A stretch of 55,542 bases of DNA, taken from the sequence record SRR2962707_3083. One strand, written 5' to 3'. The position numbers and the translations under genes are program-made. The notes beneath the pieces are model-generated. The model was not told the origin of the DNA. It searched no databases and saw only the letters and a list, made by a program, of their open reading frames with translations. Positions within the stretch are counted from its first letter, which is position 1; each line of letters starts with the position of its first letter. Shown piece after piece: positions 28,134 through 37,529 of the stretch.

Positions 28134-29003
28134 ATGAATTCACTCCTGACACCCGCGGTGGCGGGTCTGTCTGCCGGCGGGGCATATGCCATCCTTGGGG
28201 TATGCGCCATCTTCACCTACCGCCTGGTGGCGGTTGTCAATTTCACTGGCGCAGCCATAGGAGGCTGTGGTGCCTTCGTAATGGTCGTGCTTACCGAGCA
28301 TGGCATGCCCCTTCTCCCGGCTGTTGCGATTGGAGTATTCGCCGGCGCCCTTGCGGCTCTCGCCGTCGGTTTCATGACCACGATCTGGTTTTCAGGTTCC
28401 AGCGCTTCCGTAAAGGCTGCCGTAACGGCTGCATTGCTGGTCGGGATCATTGCAATGGGGCTTCGCCTGACCGGAGGTCAGCACCCAAAACACTTCCCTG
28501 ATCTTGTCGGTGGCGCCTGGCTGCGTGTAGCCGACGTCCAGATTACCAACGCATCGCTGGTCACGATTGCCATGGCGGTAGTGCTGACGGTTGCTGCCGA
28601 GCTGTTCTTGGCGAGAACGCGAACTGGTCTGGAACTAAGGGCGCTTTCCGAACGGCCGATGGCAGCAGAACTTCTTGGGATTCGCGTACGATTGCTCGCG
28701 CTAGGCGTGTGGGCAGTCGCAGGGGCAGTAACGTCGTTCGCCCTGATGCTGATCGCCCCATTGCGCTCTCCGGATTTCGCCTCACTCAGCCTTCTGGTCG
28801 TGCCGGCGCTTGCCGCCGCTTTGGTCGGAGCGTTCAGAAGCTTTCGAGCGGCTCTAGCCGGTGGATTGCTCATCGGAGTGGTCGAGGGCTTGGCAAGCGG
28901 CCTCGTCGGCCTCAATCAGTATCGCGCGGCTGTACCGCTTCTTGTCATTCTTCTTGTTTTGCTGTGGTCGCAAAGGGGGGCTCGCTGGGATGAGGCGCGC
29001 TAG
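28134..29003 (+). CDS. Branched-chain amino-acid type ABC permease (LivH-like)
   Basis: GLSAGGAYAI, VVNF, TRTGLELRALSE. Confidence 0.9.
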   Translation: MNSLLTPAVAGLSAGGAYAILGVCAIFTYRLVAVVNFTGAAIGGCGAFVMVVLTEHGMPLLPAVAIGVFAGALAALAVGFMTTIWFSGSSASVKAAVTAALLVGIIAMGLRLTGGQHPKHFPDLVGGAWLRVADVQITNASLVTIAMAVVLTVAAELFLARTRTGLELRALSERPMAAELLGIRVRLLALGVWAVAGAVTSFALMLIAPLRSPDFASLSLLVVPALAAALVGAFRSFRAALAGGLLIGVVEGLASGLVGLNQYRAAVPLLVILLVLLWSQRGARWDEAR

Positions 29004-30714
29004 TATTAGAGCCGCCTTCACGTCGGCAGTTTCAATTCTCGCCGTAGGTGGTTTGGTCGCAGGATTACTTCCAACCTACTGGATTTTCCTGGTCACGGCC
29101 GTTTTCATCATCGGCATTTCAATACAAAGCTTGGGGCTGGTTACCGGTAGGACCGGCATGATTTCGCTTTGCCAGATGTCATTTGCGGGGGTTGGTGCGT
29201 GGACGGTCGGTTACCTCAACCTCATTGACTTTCCCGGAGGACTTCCATTTTGGTTGTTAATCGGTGGCTTTGCAGCCCTGCCGTTCGGAATCATAATTGG
29301 ATTGCCTGCGCTCCGATTGCGCGGAATTAACCTCGCCATAGTCACCCTTGGCTTCGCTGCCGCTTTCGACGTCGTTCTCGCGACCATCACGTTTCCAGGT
29401 CAGACGTCGTTCAAGATGGTTGCCCGCCCGATAGGTCTTGAAGGAGATCTGGGGTATTTTGGCTTTGTCATTGCGGTCTATGCGATCATTGCCGTCGTAC
29501 TTGAATTCGTAAATCGATCGCGACTTGGAGCAACTTGGCTTGCCATTCGGCATTCCGAACGCGCCGCTGCGGCGCATGGGGTGTCGGTACCGCGTGCAAA
29601 ACTCAGCGCATTCGCCATTTCGGCCTTCATTGCCGGGATTGCCGGGGGATTGTTCGCCGGCTATCTCGGTACTCTGGTCTCCGAGAACTTCTCAATGATG
29701 CAGTCCCTTACCGTGTTTGCCGTTGCGACAATGGCGGGTGGACAGTTCACGCTTGGCGCAATCATCGGCGGTGTTCTGGTTTCGCTGTTTCCCGAGCTCC
29801 TGCGCCGATTGAACTTGCCGCAGGATTTTGGAAGCGTGATTTTTGCCGCGGGTGCCGTTCAAGCCCTCTCCACTGGGGAAAGCATCAGCGAGACGCTCAC
29901 GCGCCTTGCCACGAAGGCGTGGCCCCGTGCCGCCGAGCGCGGGCAAGCCAGTGCAGGACTGAGGCTTCCCACGGCCCGTATCTCTCGCAGCGACGTCCCG
30001 GCGCTCACTGTGGACAAGGTTACTGTGCGCTACGGCAACGTCGTTGCGGTAAACGGCGTTTCGCTCTCCGTTCCGGCTGGCAAAGTTGTCGGACTGATTG
30101 GGCCGAATGGAGCCGGTAAGTCGACTCTGGTCGATGCGATAGCCGGATTCCTTCACGCTTACGAAGGTCAGATCGCTCTTGAGGGAACAACGATTGACAG
30201 GCTTTCAGCGACAAACCGTGCCCGACGTGGTGTCCGCAGAACATGGCAGACGACGCGGATTGCGCCGGAACTGTCCGTCGGTGAGTACATTCGGCTCGCC
30301 GCAGGAACAGCGATCACCGACCGAGAAGTATCTGCCGTTCTCGAATGGTTCGACTGTCCGGGCGCTGATACCGTCATCTCGTCTGTCGATGCCGGGACCC
30401 GACGCATGCTTGACGTGGCCGGCGTGACGGCCGCGCGGCCGCCGGTCATCCTGCTCGATGAGCCCGCAGCAGGTCAATCCTACGCTGAAGCCGTAAAGCT
30501 CGGAGCCCGCATCGCCAGGATCCCGGAGGTATTCGGTTCCGCGGTGCTGCTGATTGAGCATGATATGGATTTGGTGAGGTCGGCGTGTTCGGAAGTCACA
30601 GTGCTCGATTTTGGCACCGTGATCGCCTCCGGTCCTCCGGGGACTGTTCTGGAAACGCCCCAGGTACAGAAGGCGTACATGGGCATAGATTCCGATCAGG
30701 AGGCGGCCGAATGA
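28990..30714 (+). CDS. Fused ABC permease + ATPase (LivM-LivG-like)
   Basis: GRTGMISLCQ and PALRLRG permease half; GPNGAGKS, LLDEPAAG, IEHDM ATPase half; signature degenerate (VDAGTRR); start ATG 28990. Confidence 0.88.
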   Translation: MRRASIRAAFTSAVSILAVGGLVAGLLPTYWIFLVTAVFIIGISIQSLGLVTGRTGMISLCQMSFAGVGAWTVGYLNLIDFPGGLPFWLLIGGFAALPFGIIIGLPALRLRGINLAIVTLGFAAAFDVVLATITFPGQTSFKMVARPIGLEGDLGYFGFVIAVYAIIAVVLEFVNRSRLGATWLAIRHSERAAAAHGVSVPRAKLSAFAISAFIAGIAGGLFAGYLGTLVSENFSMMQSLTVFAVATMAGGQFTLGAIIGGVLVSLFPELLRRLNLPQDFGSVIFAAGAVQALSTGESISETLTRLATKAWPRAAERGQASAGLRLPTARISRSDVPALTVDKVTVRYGNVVAVNGVSLSVPAGKVVGLIGPNGAGKSTLVDAIAGFLHAYEGQIALEGTTIDRLSATNRARRGVRRTWQTTRIAPELSVGEYIRLAAGTAITDREVSAVLEWFDCPGADTVISSVDAGTRRMLDVAGVTAARPPVILLDEPAAGQSYAEAVKLGARIARIPEVFGSAVLLIEHDMDLVRSACSEVTVLDFGTVIASGPPGTVLETPQVQKAYMGIDSDQEAAE

Positions 30715-31424
30715 GCATGTTGGAGATTGCGGACATCGAGATCGCCCGCGCTGGTATTCCGATTGTTCGCGGAACGAGCTTAGTTGCAAACAGCGGTGAA
30801 ATCAGTGTCCTGCTCGGCGCCAACGGCGCCGGGAAGACGACCCTCCTGGAAGGCATATCCGGGATCATCCCGGTTTCGAGGGGAAAAATGACGCTTGAGG
30901 GAAAAGATCTGTCGAGGTCGAACCCGGGGGTGCGAGCCCGGAGCGGGCTCGCCCATGTCGAACAAGGGCGCGCGATCTTTGCCGAGATGACCACCGAGGA
31001 AAACCTGAAGGTGGCGCTAAATCCGGGTGCCGAGCTCGATGAGGCGTATGCGCTGTTTCCTGAGCTCAAGACCCGCAAACACATCAAGTCAGGTCTGCTC
31101 TCGGGTGGTGAGCAGCAGATGGTCGTAATCGGGAGAGCTCTGCTCGGCAGGCCCAAAGTGATCCTGATTGACGAGATGTCGGCTGGACTTGCGCCTGTCG
31201 TCGTTGGACGCCTGATGACCGCCGTACGCCGCCTCGCCGATGAAGGTCTGGCGGTGGTGTTAGTCGAGCAGTTCGCCAACCTGGCTCTGTCGATCGGTGA
31301 TCGGGCTTACGTTCTGCGCAGAGGCACGATGGTCTATGCAGGGGACTGCGATCCGCTACGAAAAGACGCCGGCCGGCTCCATAAACTGTACCTTGGTGAC
31401 TCTGGAGATACTGCGGCCGCTTGA
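30711..31424 (+). CDS. ABC ATP-binding protein (LivF-like)
   Basis: GANGAGKT, LSGGEQQM, LIDEMSAGLAP, VEQ; ATGA overlap. Confidence 0.92.
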   Translation: MSMLEIADIEIARAGIPIVRGTSLVANSGEISVLLGANGAGKTTLLEGISGIIPVSRGKMTLEGKDLSRSNPGVRARSGLAHVEQGRAIFAEMTTEENLKVALNPGAELDEAYALFPELKTRKHIKSGLLSGGEQQMVVIGRALLGRPKVILIDEMSAGLAPVVVGRLMTAVRRLADEGLAVVLVEQFANLALSIGDRAYVLRRGTMVYAGDCDPLRKDAGRLHKLYLGDSGDTAAA

Positions 31425-31443
31425 GTTCCCACACCTCAGAATA

Positions 31444-31573
31444 GACGGTCCGGAAGTAAGCCCCCGGACCGTCCGTTTCCAGCGTGGTTGTCTGGAGGAA
31501 CTAGCTGGAAAGTGCGGCGGCCGACGGATCGGTTTTTCGCGCACGTTGGACGAAGGTCTTCATCCCCGTCCAA
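31444..31573. other. Three tandem stem-loops between convergent genes
   Basis: GACGGTCCGG/CCGGACCGTC (31444-31473), TTTCCAGC/GCTGGAAA (31476-31511), TTGGACG/CGTCCAA (31546-31573). Confidence 0.5.
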
Positions 31574-31595
31574 GTTTCGCCAGGGCTTTCTTCAT

Positions 31596-32888
31596 TCAAC
31601 ATTCTCCGCCGCTAGGGGGAGGGATGACGCCGGGGCGCACAACACCCATCTCAATCCAATTGTCCAGAATGCGCAGAACACGGTCGACGAATGCGCGATC
31701 GTTGATATGAGCATCGATTACATGCAACTCGGCGTTGGGCGGCACTGCTCTTTTCATCTCATCAATGAAGGCAGTTAGCGCAGCAGCATCATGGAAAGGT
31801 TCACCGGGCTGGTCCCATTGCTGGATGCCGCGCTCCGGCAACACGAAGGCTACTGGACCGCTATGCCTGCTGATCTTCCCGCCGATGTACCGCGCAATTT
31901 CTCTCCGTCGATCCGCACTCGCCGTAACCATCCCAATGAGGCGGTTATGGGCGTAGTAGGTCCGATCGGAAAGGTGGGCCGGAATAGCTTTCCAGGCTGG
32001 CAGGTCGATCATGTCGATTGCGCCGGGGGCGATGATCTGGGGAACGCGGGCGCGTCCCGCGTTTTCGAGGCGGTCGGGACCTGATGAGACAACGGAGCCA
32101 TTGTAATCGTTCGCCAGTTCCTGAAGAGAAAAGTCCAGAACAGCGGCGAAGCCCTCTTTCGCCGCGATGGCTTCGAGCGCCCGTCCTCCCATGCCGGTGG
32201 TGTGAAAGACCACCAGTTCGTAACCACGCTTTTCGATCTCGGGCTTGAGATCTTCCATGTAGCGCAGGCACGACTTGCCCAGCGAACTCATGCCGATCAG
32301 CGGTTTGACTGGCCGAGGAATTTGGGTTGCGCGCGCCGCGCCCACTACTGCTCCCGCTGCTTGAGACAATACCGAGCGGAAAATTGCGTTGAGGCCAAAT
32401 AGTCCTCCGGCCCACAGGATCATCATCAGGTCGGTTGCGATCCGCGAGGGTGGCAAGAGGTGGGAGTATGCGATTGTCGAGACAACAAACTTGGGAACAC
32501 CCAAGGGCAGAGCCAGTGCCACATCGAGAGCGAGATCGGTGCCCATGGTGCCACCTAGAGCGATGAACCCGTGGATCTGCCCAGCATCGTGCAGCGACAA
32601 TGCCAAGGCGGAGGCACCCTCCGCCATCAGCGTCATGGCGACATTCTCGTCGGGACTTTCCAGGATATGCTCGAGTGTGTGTCCGGCTGCAGCAGCTACG
32701 TCGTGTTTTGAGAAGTCCGGTATGTACGGCGGGTCCCCCAGCACGCTCACGTCCATCAAGAGGGGGACGGCATTCGCCTTCGTTATCGTATTGGCGAGGA
32801 ACTGAATCTCATCGGCCTTCGTGTCACCGGTGCCGATGACCAGGATACGCGGGGCGGCGGGAGTGTCGTCCAATGCTTGGACGGTCAT
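31596..32888 (-). CDS. Tm-1-like ATP-binding domain protein (UPF0261)
   Basis: IGTGDTKADE, GGTMGT, LPLGVPKFVVST, VFHTTGMGGRALE, PGAIDM, HINDRAF. Confidence 0.88.
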   Translation of the reverse strand: MTVQALDDTPAAPRILVIGTGDTKADEIQFLANTITKANAVPLLMDVSVLGDPPYIPDFSKHDVAAAAGHTLEHILESPDENVAMTLMAEGASALALSLHDAGQIHGFIALGGTMGTDLALDVALALPLGVPKFVVSTIAYSHLLPPSRIATDLMMILWAGGLFGLNAIFRSVLSQAAGAVVGAARATQIPRPVKPLIGMSSLGKSCLRYMEDLKPEIEKRGYELVVFHTTGMGGRALEAIAAKEGFAAVLDFSLQELANDYNGSVVSSGPDRLENAGRARVPQIIAPGAIDMIDLPAWKAIPAHLSDRTYYAHNRLIGMVTASADRRREIARYIGGKISRHSGPVAFVLPERGIQQWDQPGEPFHDAAALTAFIDEMKRAVPPNAELHVIDAHINDRAFVDRVLRILDNWIEMGVVRPGVIPPPSGGEC

Positions 32889-33655
32889 ACGGCGCTCCGG
32901 CGAAGGGATTCTGGGGCGCCGAAAAGACGGATGGAAATGTCCTGGGCTGCGCTCATGACTGCGCCCCCAAAGTGCTCGATTGCTGCGTCATCGACCCGGT
33001 AGACCGGTGCCGCCAAGGAGACCGCGCCGATCGCAATGCCTTCGGCATTTAGCACTGGAGCGCCCACCGAGAACACGCCGTCTTCACGCCCCTGGTTCCC
33101 TATCGAATATCCTCTCGCCAGGGTGTTTGCGATTTCTTGGTTCAGATCTTCCGGTGAATGGATTGTGTGCTCTGTGTAACGCTTCAATGCCGAGCCAAGG
33201 AGCCTCTCGCGTACAGCTGACGGCCCAAAGGCCAGAAAGGCCAATCCAGAGGCCGTCGCATTGAGCGGCAGACGATCGCCTACCGCAACGCTGATCCTGT
33301 TGGCCCTGCTCGATTCACAAACAAGAAGAGAGGTCAGCGCACCGCTGTCATACTCTGTCAGGTGGGCGGTTTCTCCTGTCGACTTGGACAGCGTCTCAAT
33401 CGGTTCGCGGGCACTTTCCATGAAGGGGAAATGCGCTTCCCGAATGCGCGCGAGCCGCACGACCGCCGGCCCCAGTCTGTAGAGCCGGGTCTCTGGGTTG
33501 CGCTCTACCAGGCCTCCCCGTGTAAGTGCAAGGAGCAAGCGGTGGCATGTCGCCTTGTCGAAACCCGCCATGCGCGAAACGTCCGAAAGACCTATCTCTG
33601 GCCGTTCGATGCTGAACACCTCGAGTATATCCGCCGCCTTACCGACAGTGCTCAT
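32885..33655 (-). CDS. IclR family transcriptional regulator
   Basis: MSTVGKAADILEVF HTH, YRLGP, TGETAHL, LPLNATASG, RGYS; start ATG 33655 with AAGGAAG RBS. Confidence 0.92.
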   Translation of the reverse strand: MSTVGKAADILEVFSIERPEIGLSDVSRMAGFDKATCHRLLLALTRGGLVERNPETRLYRLGPAVVRLARIREAHFPFMESAREPIETLSKSTGETAHLTEYDSGALTSLLVCESSRANRISVAVGDRLPLNATASGLAFLAFGPSAVRERLLGSALKRYTEHTIHSPEDLNQEIANTLARGYSIGNQGREDGVFSVGAPVLNAEGIAIGAVSLAAPVYRVDDAAIEHFGGAVMSAAQDISIRLFGAPESLRRSAV

Positions 33656-33669
33656 CGACACTTCCTTGA

Positions 33670-33689
33670 TTAAATACTTAACGTGTGAA
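33670..33689. promoter_or_regulatory. Overlapping HpaR-like boxes TTAAATACTTAA and TTAACGTGTGAA
   Basis: TTAA-N4-TTAA pattern matching the boxes at 37507 and 37842. Confidence 0.45.
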
Positions 33690-33782
33690 TTACATTGACA
33701 GTGAGGCGGAAGTTTTGCAACCCTGATTTTGAAATCGTGGTTCGAGTATCGATCCTGAGGGCTAAGAATTGGGGGGGAATTC

Positions 33783-33986
33783 ATGCCGGATCAGTCAGGT
33801 ATCGATGCAAAGGACCACCAGTCGCGCGCGCACTGCAAGGTCCGCGCCGTTCGTGCCGGTGTCGTGCACGTGTCCGAAATCACCGTCCCTTTGGGTGGGT
33901 TCAAACAATATGGGTTCGGGCGCGACAAGTCGCTTCACGCCCTTGAAAAGTACACGGATCTCAAAACTGCATGGATACAGTTGTGA
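33783..33986 (+). pseudogene. Internally deleted aldehyde dehydrogenase (PuuC-like) remnant
   Basis: 67-aa ORF ending RAVRAGVVHV-SEITVPLGGFKQYGFGRDKSLHALEKYTDLKTAWIQL, the C-terminus of ~500-aa ALDHs; catalytic core absent. Confidence 0.85.
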
Positions 33987-35371
33987 CAACAGCATTCGCC
34001 CAAAAATCGGCAAAAATTGACGAACTCGTGGACATCGAGCAGGCGCGTTTTGCCGCGGCGCGACCAAAGTCTCGTTCGTTCTGGGCAGAAGGACGAAAGA
34101 ACTATCTCTATGGTGGGCCTTCGCATTGGATGCGACGCTGGGCAGGTGGATTTCCCATTTACGTCGACCACGCGCGCGGTGCAGAACTTACGGATATCGA
34201 TGGCAACACGTATACCGACTTCTGCCTTGGTGACACAGGTGGAATGTGCGGCCATGCACACGAAGCGATCACCGAAGCGGCGTTAACCCAGCTGGGGCGG
34301 GGCACGACAACGATGCTGCCGACCGAAGACGCCAACTGGGTTGGGCAGGAACTCGAGCGGCGCTTCGGTCTGCCCTTTTGGACGCTGACAACTTCGGCGA
34401 CCGATGCCAACCGCGGCGCCATTCGCCTGTCACGCATGGTCACTGGCCGCAACAAGGTTCTCGTTTTTTCGGGTTGCTACCACGGCGGTGTTGAGGAGGC
34501 GCATGTCGAGATCCGCGACGGCACGATCGGATTGCGCAACGGCATCCATCCCAATGGTGTCGATCACTCCCGCGTTTCCAAGGTTGTCGAGTTCAATGAT
34601 CGCGACGCGATGCGTGCCGCCCTCGCGGACAAGGACGTTGCCTGTGTCCTCATGGAGCCGATGATGACCAATTTCGGGATGATTCCCGTTGCTGCTGGCT
34701 TCAACGAATTTGTCAGGGAGGAGACACGCAGGACGGGCACCGTGCTGATCATTGACGAAACGCATACGCTCTCCAGCGGTCCGGGCGGCTTCACAGCAGC
34801 GCACGGACTGGACCCTGATGTTCTTGTCGCCGGAAAAGCAATCGCCGGTGGTATCCCAGCTGGCGTCTTCGGCGTGAGCGAGGATATAGCGCGGCGAGTC
34901 TGGGACGAGGTTCCTTATGTCAATCCACGCAAGCGTCAATCCGCGCATCTCGGTATTGGTGGAACGTTGGCCGGCAATGCACTGACCGTCGCCACGATGA
35001 AGGCGGTGCTTTCGAGCATCCTGATACCCGAGAACTATGCGCTGATGATTGAGAACGCTGAACGCCTTGCGGTCGGCGCGCGGGCGATTATCGAGCGCGA
35101 AGGTCTGCCCTGGCATGTCTCCCAGGTCGGTGCGCGGGCCGAGATCATGTTCTCGCCAGAACCCCCGCGAAATGGCGCGGACGTTATCGTTACCCGCCGC
35201 GGAGACCTCGAGATCCTCCTGCATGCGTTCTATATGAACGAAGGAATCCTAGTGACCCCGTTCCATACGATGTTTCTGATGTGTCCCGCGACACGTGCCG
35301 ATCAGGTAGATCATCACGCCTCAGTCTTCGGGAAGTTTGCCCGATTGGTTAAAGAAGCCGGGGTTGATTGA
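33983..35371 (+). CDS. Class III PLP-dependent aminotransferase (GSA-aminomutase-like omega-transaminase)
   Basis: DIDGNTYTDF, CYHG, LIIDETHT, AGKAIAGG (PLP Lys), GGTLAGN. GTG 33983 overlaps the remnant's stop; in-frame ATG 33971 is an alternative start. Confidence 0.88.
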   Translation: MTTAFAQKSAKIDELVDIEQARFAAARPKSRSFWAEGRKNYLYGGPSHWMRRWAGGFPIYVDHARGAELTDIDGNTYTDFCLGDTGGMCGHAHEAITEAALTQLGRGTTTMLPTEDANWVGQELERRFGLPFWTLTTSATDANRGAIRLSRMVTGRNKVLVFSGCYHGGVEEAHVEIRDGTIGLRNGIHPNGVDHSRVSKVVEFNDRDAMRAALADKDVACVLMEPMMTNFGMIPVAAGFNEFVREETRRTGTVLIIDETHTLSSGPGGFTAAHGLDPDVLVAGKAIAGGIPAGVFGVSEDIARRVWDEVPYVNPRKRQSAHLGIGGTLAGNALTVATMKAVLSSILIPENYALMIENAERLAVGARAIIEREGLPWHVSQVGARAEIMFSPEPPRNGADVIVTRRGDLEILLHAFYMNEGILVTPFHTMFLMCPATRADQVDHHASVFGKFARLVKEAGVD

Positions 35372-36165
35372 TGTCGTTCAGTCTCAAAGGGAAGATCGCG
35401 CTTGTTACCGGGGCCGGACGTGGAATAGGGGCTGCCATTGTGCAGCGTTTTGCTGACGCCGGAGCATCAGTAGCGCTCGCCAATCGCACGAACGATCATT
35501 CAGAAGCGTTGGCAGCGGCACTGCGCCAGCAGGGTCATCAGGCCAGGACATATCCCTTCATCGATCTGTCGAGGCGTGGAATCGCCGGTCTTGTTGCCGA
35601 TGTGGTCAGAGATCACTCCAATCGCCTGGACATCGTTGTTCACAATGCCGGGGGGTGCCCATGGTCGGATCTGGAAATGTTGGAGGATGGGCAGCTTGAT
35701 GATGTGCTCGACCTTAATCTCAAGGCCTGCTTCTGGCTGGCGCAGGCGGCGATTCCCACGATGCGTGCGAACAGACAGGGGCGCATACTGGTAACGTCTT
35801 CCGTCTCGGCACGCGTGGCCTTCGGGGGCGGCGCACATTATTCGGCTGCGAAGGCAGGGGTGAACGCCTTCATTCGGGGCGCGGGGTTCGAACTGGCGCG
35901 TGACAACATCACGGTCAACGGAGTCGAGCCGGGCTTCATTGCCAAACCCGGCCGGGGGCGGATGGGCTCCGAGCACGCGATCGCTGCCTTGGGACGTCAC
36001 ATTCCGATGGGGAGAATGGGAGACGCCGATGACATTGCCCATGCCATGCTGTTCCTTGCCTCGGATGAGGCGCGGTACATCACCGGACAGACGATAGTCG
36101 TGGACGGCGGCGCCACACTTCCCGAAACAGGATATGCCGTTGAAGACCGCTGGGGGCGGAAATGA
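35371..36165 (+). CDS. Short-chain dehydrogenase/reductase (FabG-like)
   Basis: TGAGRGIG, HNAG, YSAAK, TGQTIVVDGG; TGATG overlap. Confidence 0.92.
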   Translation: MSFSLKGKIALVTGAGRGIGAAIVQRFADAGASVALANRTNDHSEALAAALRQQGHQARTYPFIDLSRRGIAGLVADVVRDHSNRLDIVVHNAGGCPWSDLEMLEDGQLDDVLDLNLKACFWLAQAAIPTMRANRQGRILVTSSVSARVAFGGGAHYSAAKAGVNAFIRGAGFELARDNITVNGVEPGFIAKPGRGRMGSEHAIAALGRHIPMGRMGDADDIAHAMLFLASDEARYITGQTIVVDGGATLPETGYAVEDRWGRK

Positions 36166-36935
36166 CGGGGCGGCTGGCGGGCAGGAAAGCGTTGATCGTG
36201 GGTGGGGCAACAGGCATAGGGCGCGCGGTGGCTGAACGCTTCGCATCGGAGAACGCGGACCTGGTTTTGTTTGGTCTTGGTGACGATCGGCTCACTGCTG
36301 CCGCGCGTGCCACAGGCGGTGTTGCCATTCATGGCGATGTGACGAAACAGGCAGATGTCGATGCAGCAATCGATGCGTTACAGGGCGAGCTCGACATCGT
36401 GGTCAATGCTGCCGGCTTTATCACCACTGACAATCCTGCGACCATTCATGACGATGCCTGGGAGCGCTCCCTGGCCGTTAACGCAACCGGCACAATGAAG
36501 GTGTGCCGCGCTGCGCTACCGATATTGGGCAAACGCGGCGGGGCAATTGTGAACATCGCTTCCGTGGCGGCCTTTAACAGTGGGAACGGGATGGCCAGCT
36601 ATTCGGCCAGCAAGGCCGCTCTCATTGCCTACACCCGTTCTATTGCCAATGCGCATGGGAGAGATGGTGTTCGCGCCAACGTTGTTGCGCCGGGCTGGGT
36701 TCGCACACCGATGAGCGAGGCGGAGATGGACGAAGCGGCGGGTCTGAACGGCACGACACGCGAAGTGGAGTTCGCAAAGCTCGAAAGCGGAATTGGTCTC
36801 GGGCGGATTGCCGATGCAGCAGAGATTGCATCCTGCTGTCTGTTTCTTGCTTGCGATGAAGCGTCATTCGTCACGGGAGCAGTCCTCGTGGCCGGTGGCG
36901 GGGGCCGCGTACCTGCGGCACACCGGGCCGTGTGA
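36162..36935 (+). CDS. Short-chain dehydrogenase/reductase, MoaE(monoamine regulon)-like
   Basis: GGATGIG, NAAG, YSASK, PGWVRTPMSEAEM; the MoaE resemblance is from recall. Confidence 0.85.
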   Translation: MTGRLAGRKALIVGGATGIGRAVAERFASENADLVLFGLGDDRLTAAARATGGVAIHGDVTKQADVDAAIDALQGELDIVVNAAGFITTDNPATIHDDAWERSLAVNATGTMKVCRAALPILGKRGGAIVNIASVAAFNSGNGMASYSASKAALIAYTRSIANAHGRDGVRANVVAPGWVRTPMSEAEMDEAAGLNGTTREVEFAKLESGIGLGRIADAAEIASCCLFLACDEASFVTGAVLVAGGGGRVPAAHRAV

Positions 36936-36989
36936 CAGGGCTGGGATGCGAACCAACGGATTCTAGAGCGTCCCGACCGAAGTGCGGGG

Positions 36990-37412
36990 TCAGCGTTCAC
37001 TAAACTCTTCGAGAAGATCGAGAAGTCGCTCAATCTTTTCCGTGCCGTACCGGCCTTCAAGTTCGGAATAGATGCGCTTCTGCTCAGGGGCTATTGCGTC
37101 GATGAAAGTCGAACCCGCTTCGGTGATCGTGAGAACCGCTTTGCGCCCATCGTCCTCAGCCCTGGCCCGCTGTACGAAACGGCGATCCTCAAGTGCCTTG
37201 ATGATACGTGTGAGGCTTGGGGCGAGGACCGCGGAATGGTTGGCAACCTGCGTCGCATCGAGAGGTCCGTTCTCGTCCAGAACACGAAGCACGCGCCATT
37301 GTTGCTCGGTAACTTCGTGAGCGGCCAGCATCGGGCGGAAATGTGACATGACCGACTCTCTTGCCCGGAGCAGGGCCATGGGCAGCGATCGTTTCGTACT
37401 CAATGGAAACAT
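36990..37412 (-). CDS. hpaR: Homoprotocatechuate degradation regulator HpaR (MarR family)
   Basis: RSLPMALLRARESVMSHFRPML...TEQQWRVLRVL...PSLTRII is the HpaR signature; GGAGGGAGG RBS. Confidence 0.88.
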   Translation of the reverse strand: MFPLSTKRSLPMALLRARESVMSHFRPMLAAHEVTEQQWRVLRVLDENGPLDATQVANHSAVLAPSLTRIIKALEDRRFVQRARAEDDGRKAVLTITEAGSTFIDAIAPEQKRIYSELEGRYGTEKIERLLDLLEEFSER

Positions 37413-37484
37413 AGCGCCCTCCCTCCAAACTGGCTCAACACCTTATTGCCCCTCAGCATCAACAGGGCAAGCCGCCAGATGTCG

Positions 37485-37518
37485 TTGACAGTGGCAACCT
37501 AGTTAGTTAACATATTAA
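37485..37518 (+). promoter_or_regulatory. Sigma70 promoter TTGACA-N17-TAACAT with HpaR box TTAACATATTAA (37507-37518)
   Basis: Near-consensus promoter divergent from hpaR; the palindrome overlaps the -10. Confidence 0.7.
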
Positions 37519-37529
37519 ATAATAAGCAT

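Noticed and set aside
31596..32888. Anti-phage defence role by analogy to plant Tm-1
   Set aside because: The neighbours are purely metabolic and regulatory; nothing in the sequence supports a defence function.
33983..35371. Calling this gene hemL
   Set aside because: It has the GSA-aminomutase-like fold but lacks a tetrapyrrole context and sits among amine catabolic genes.
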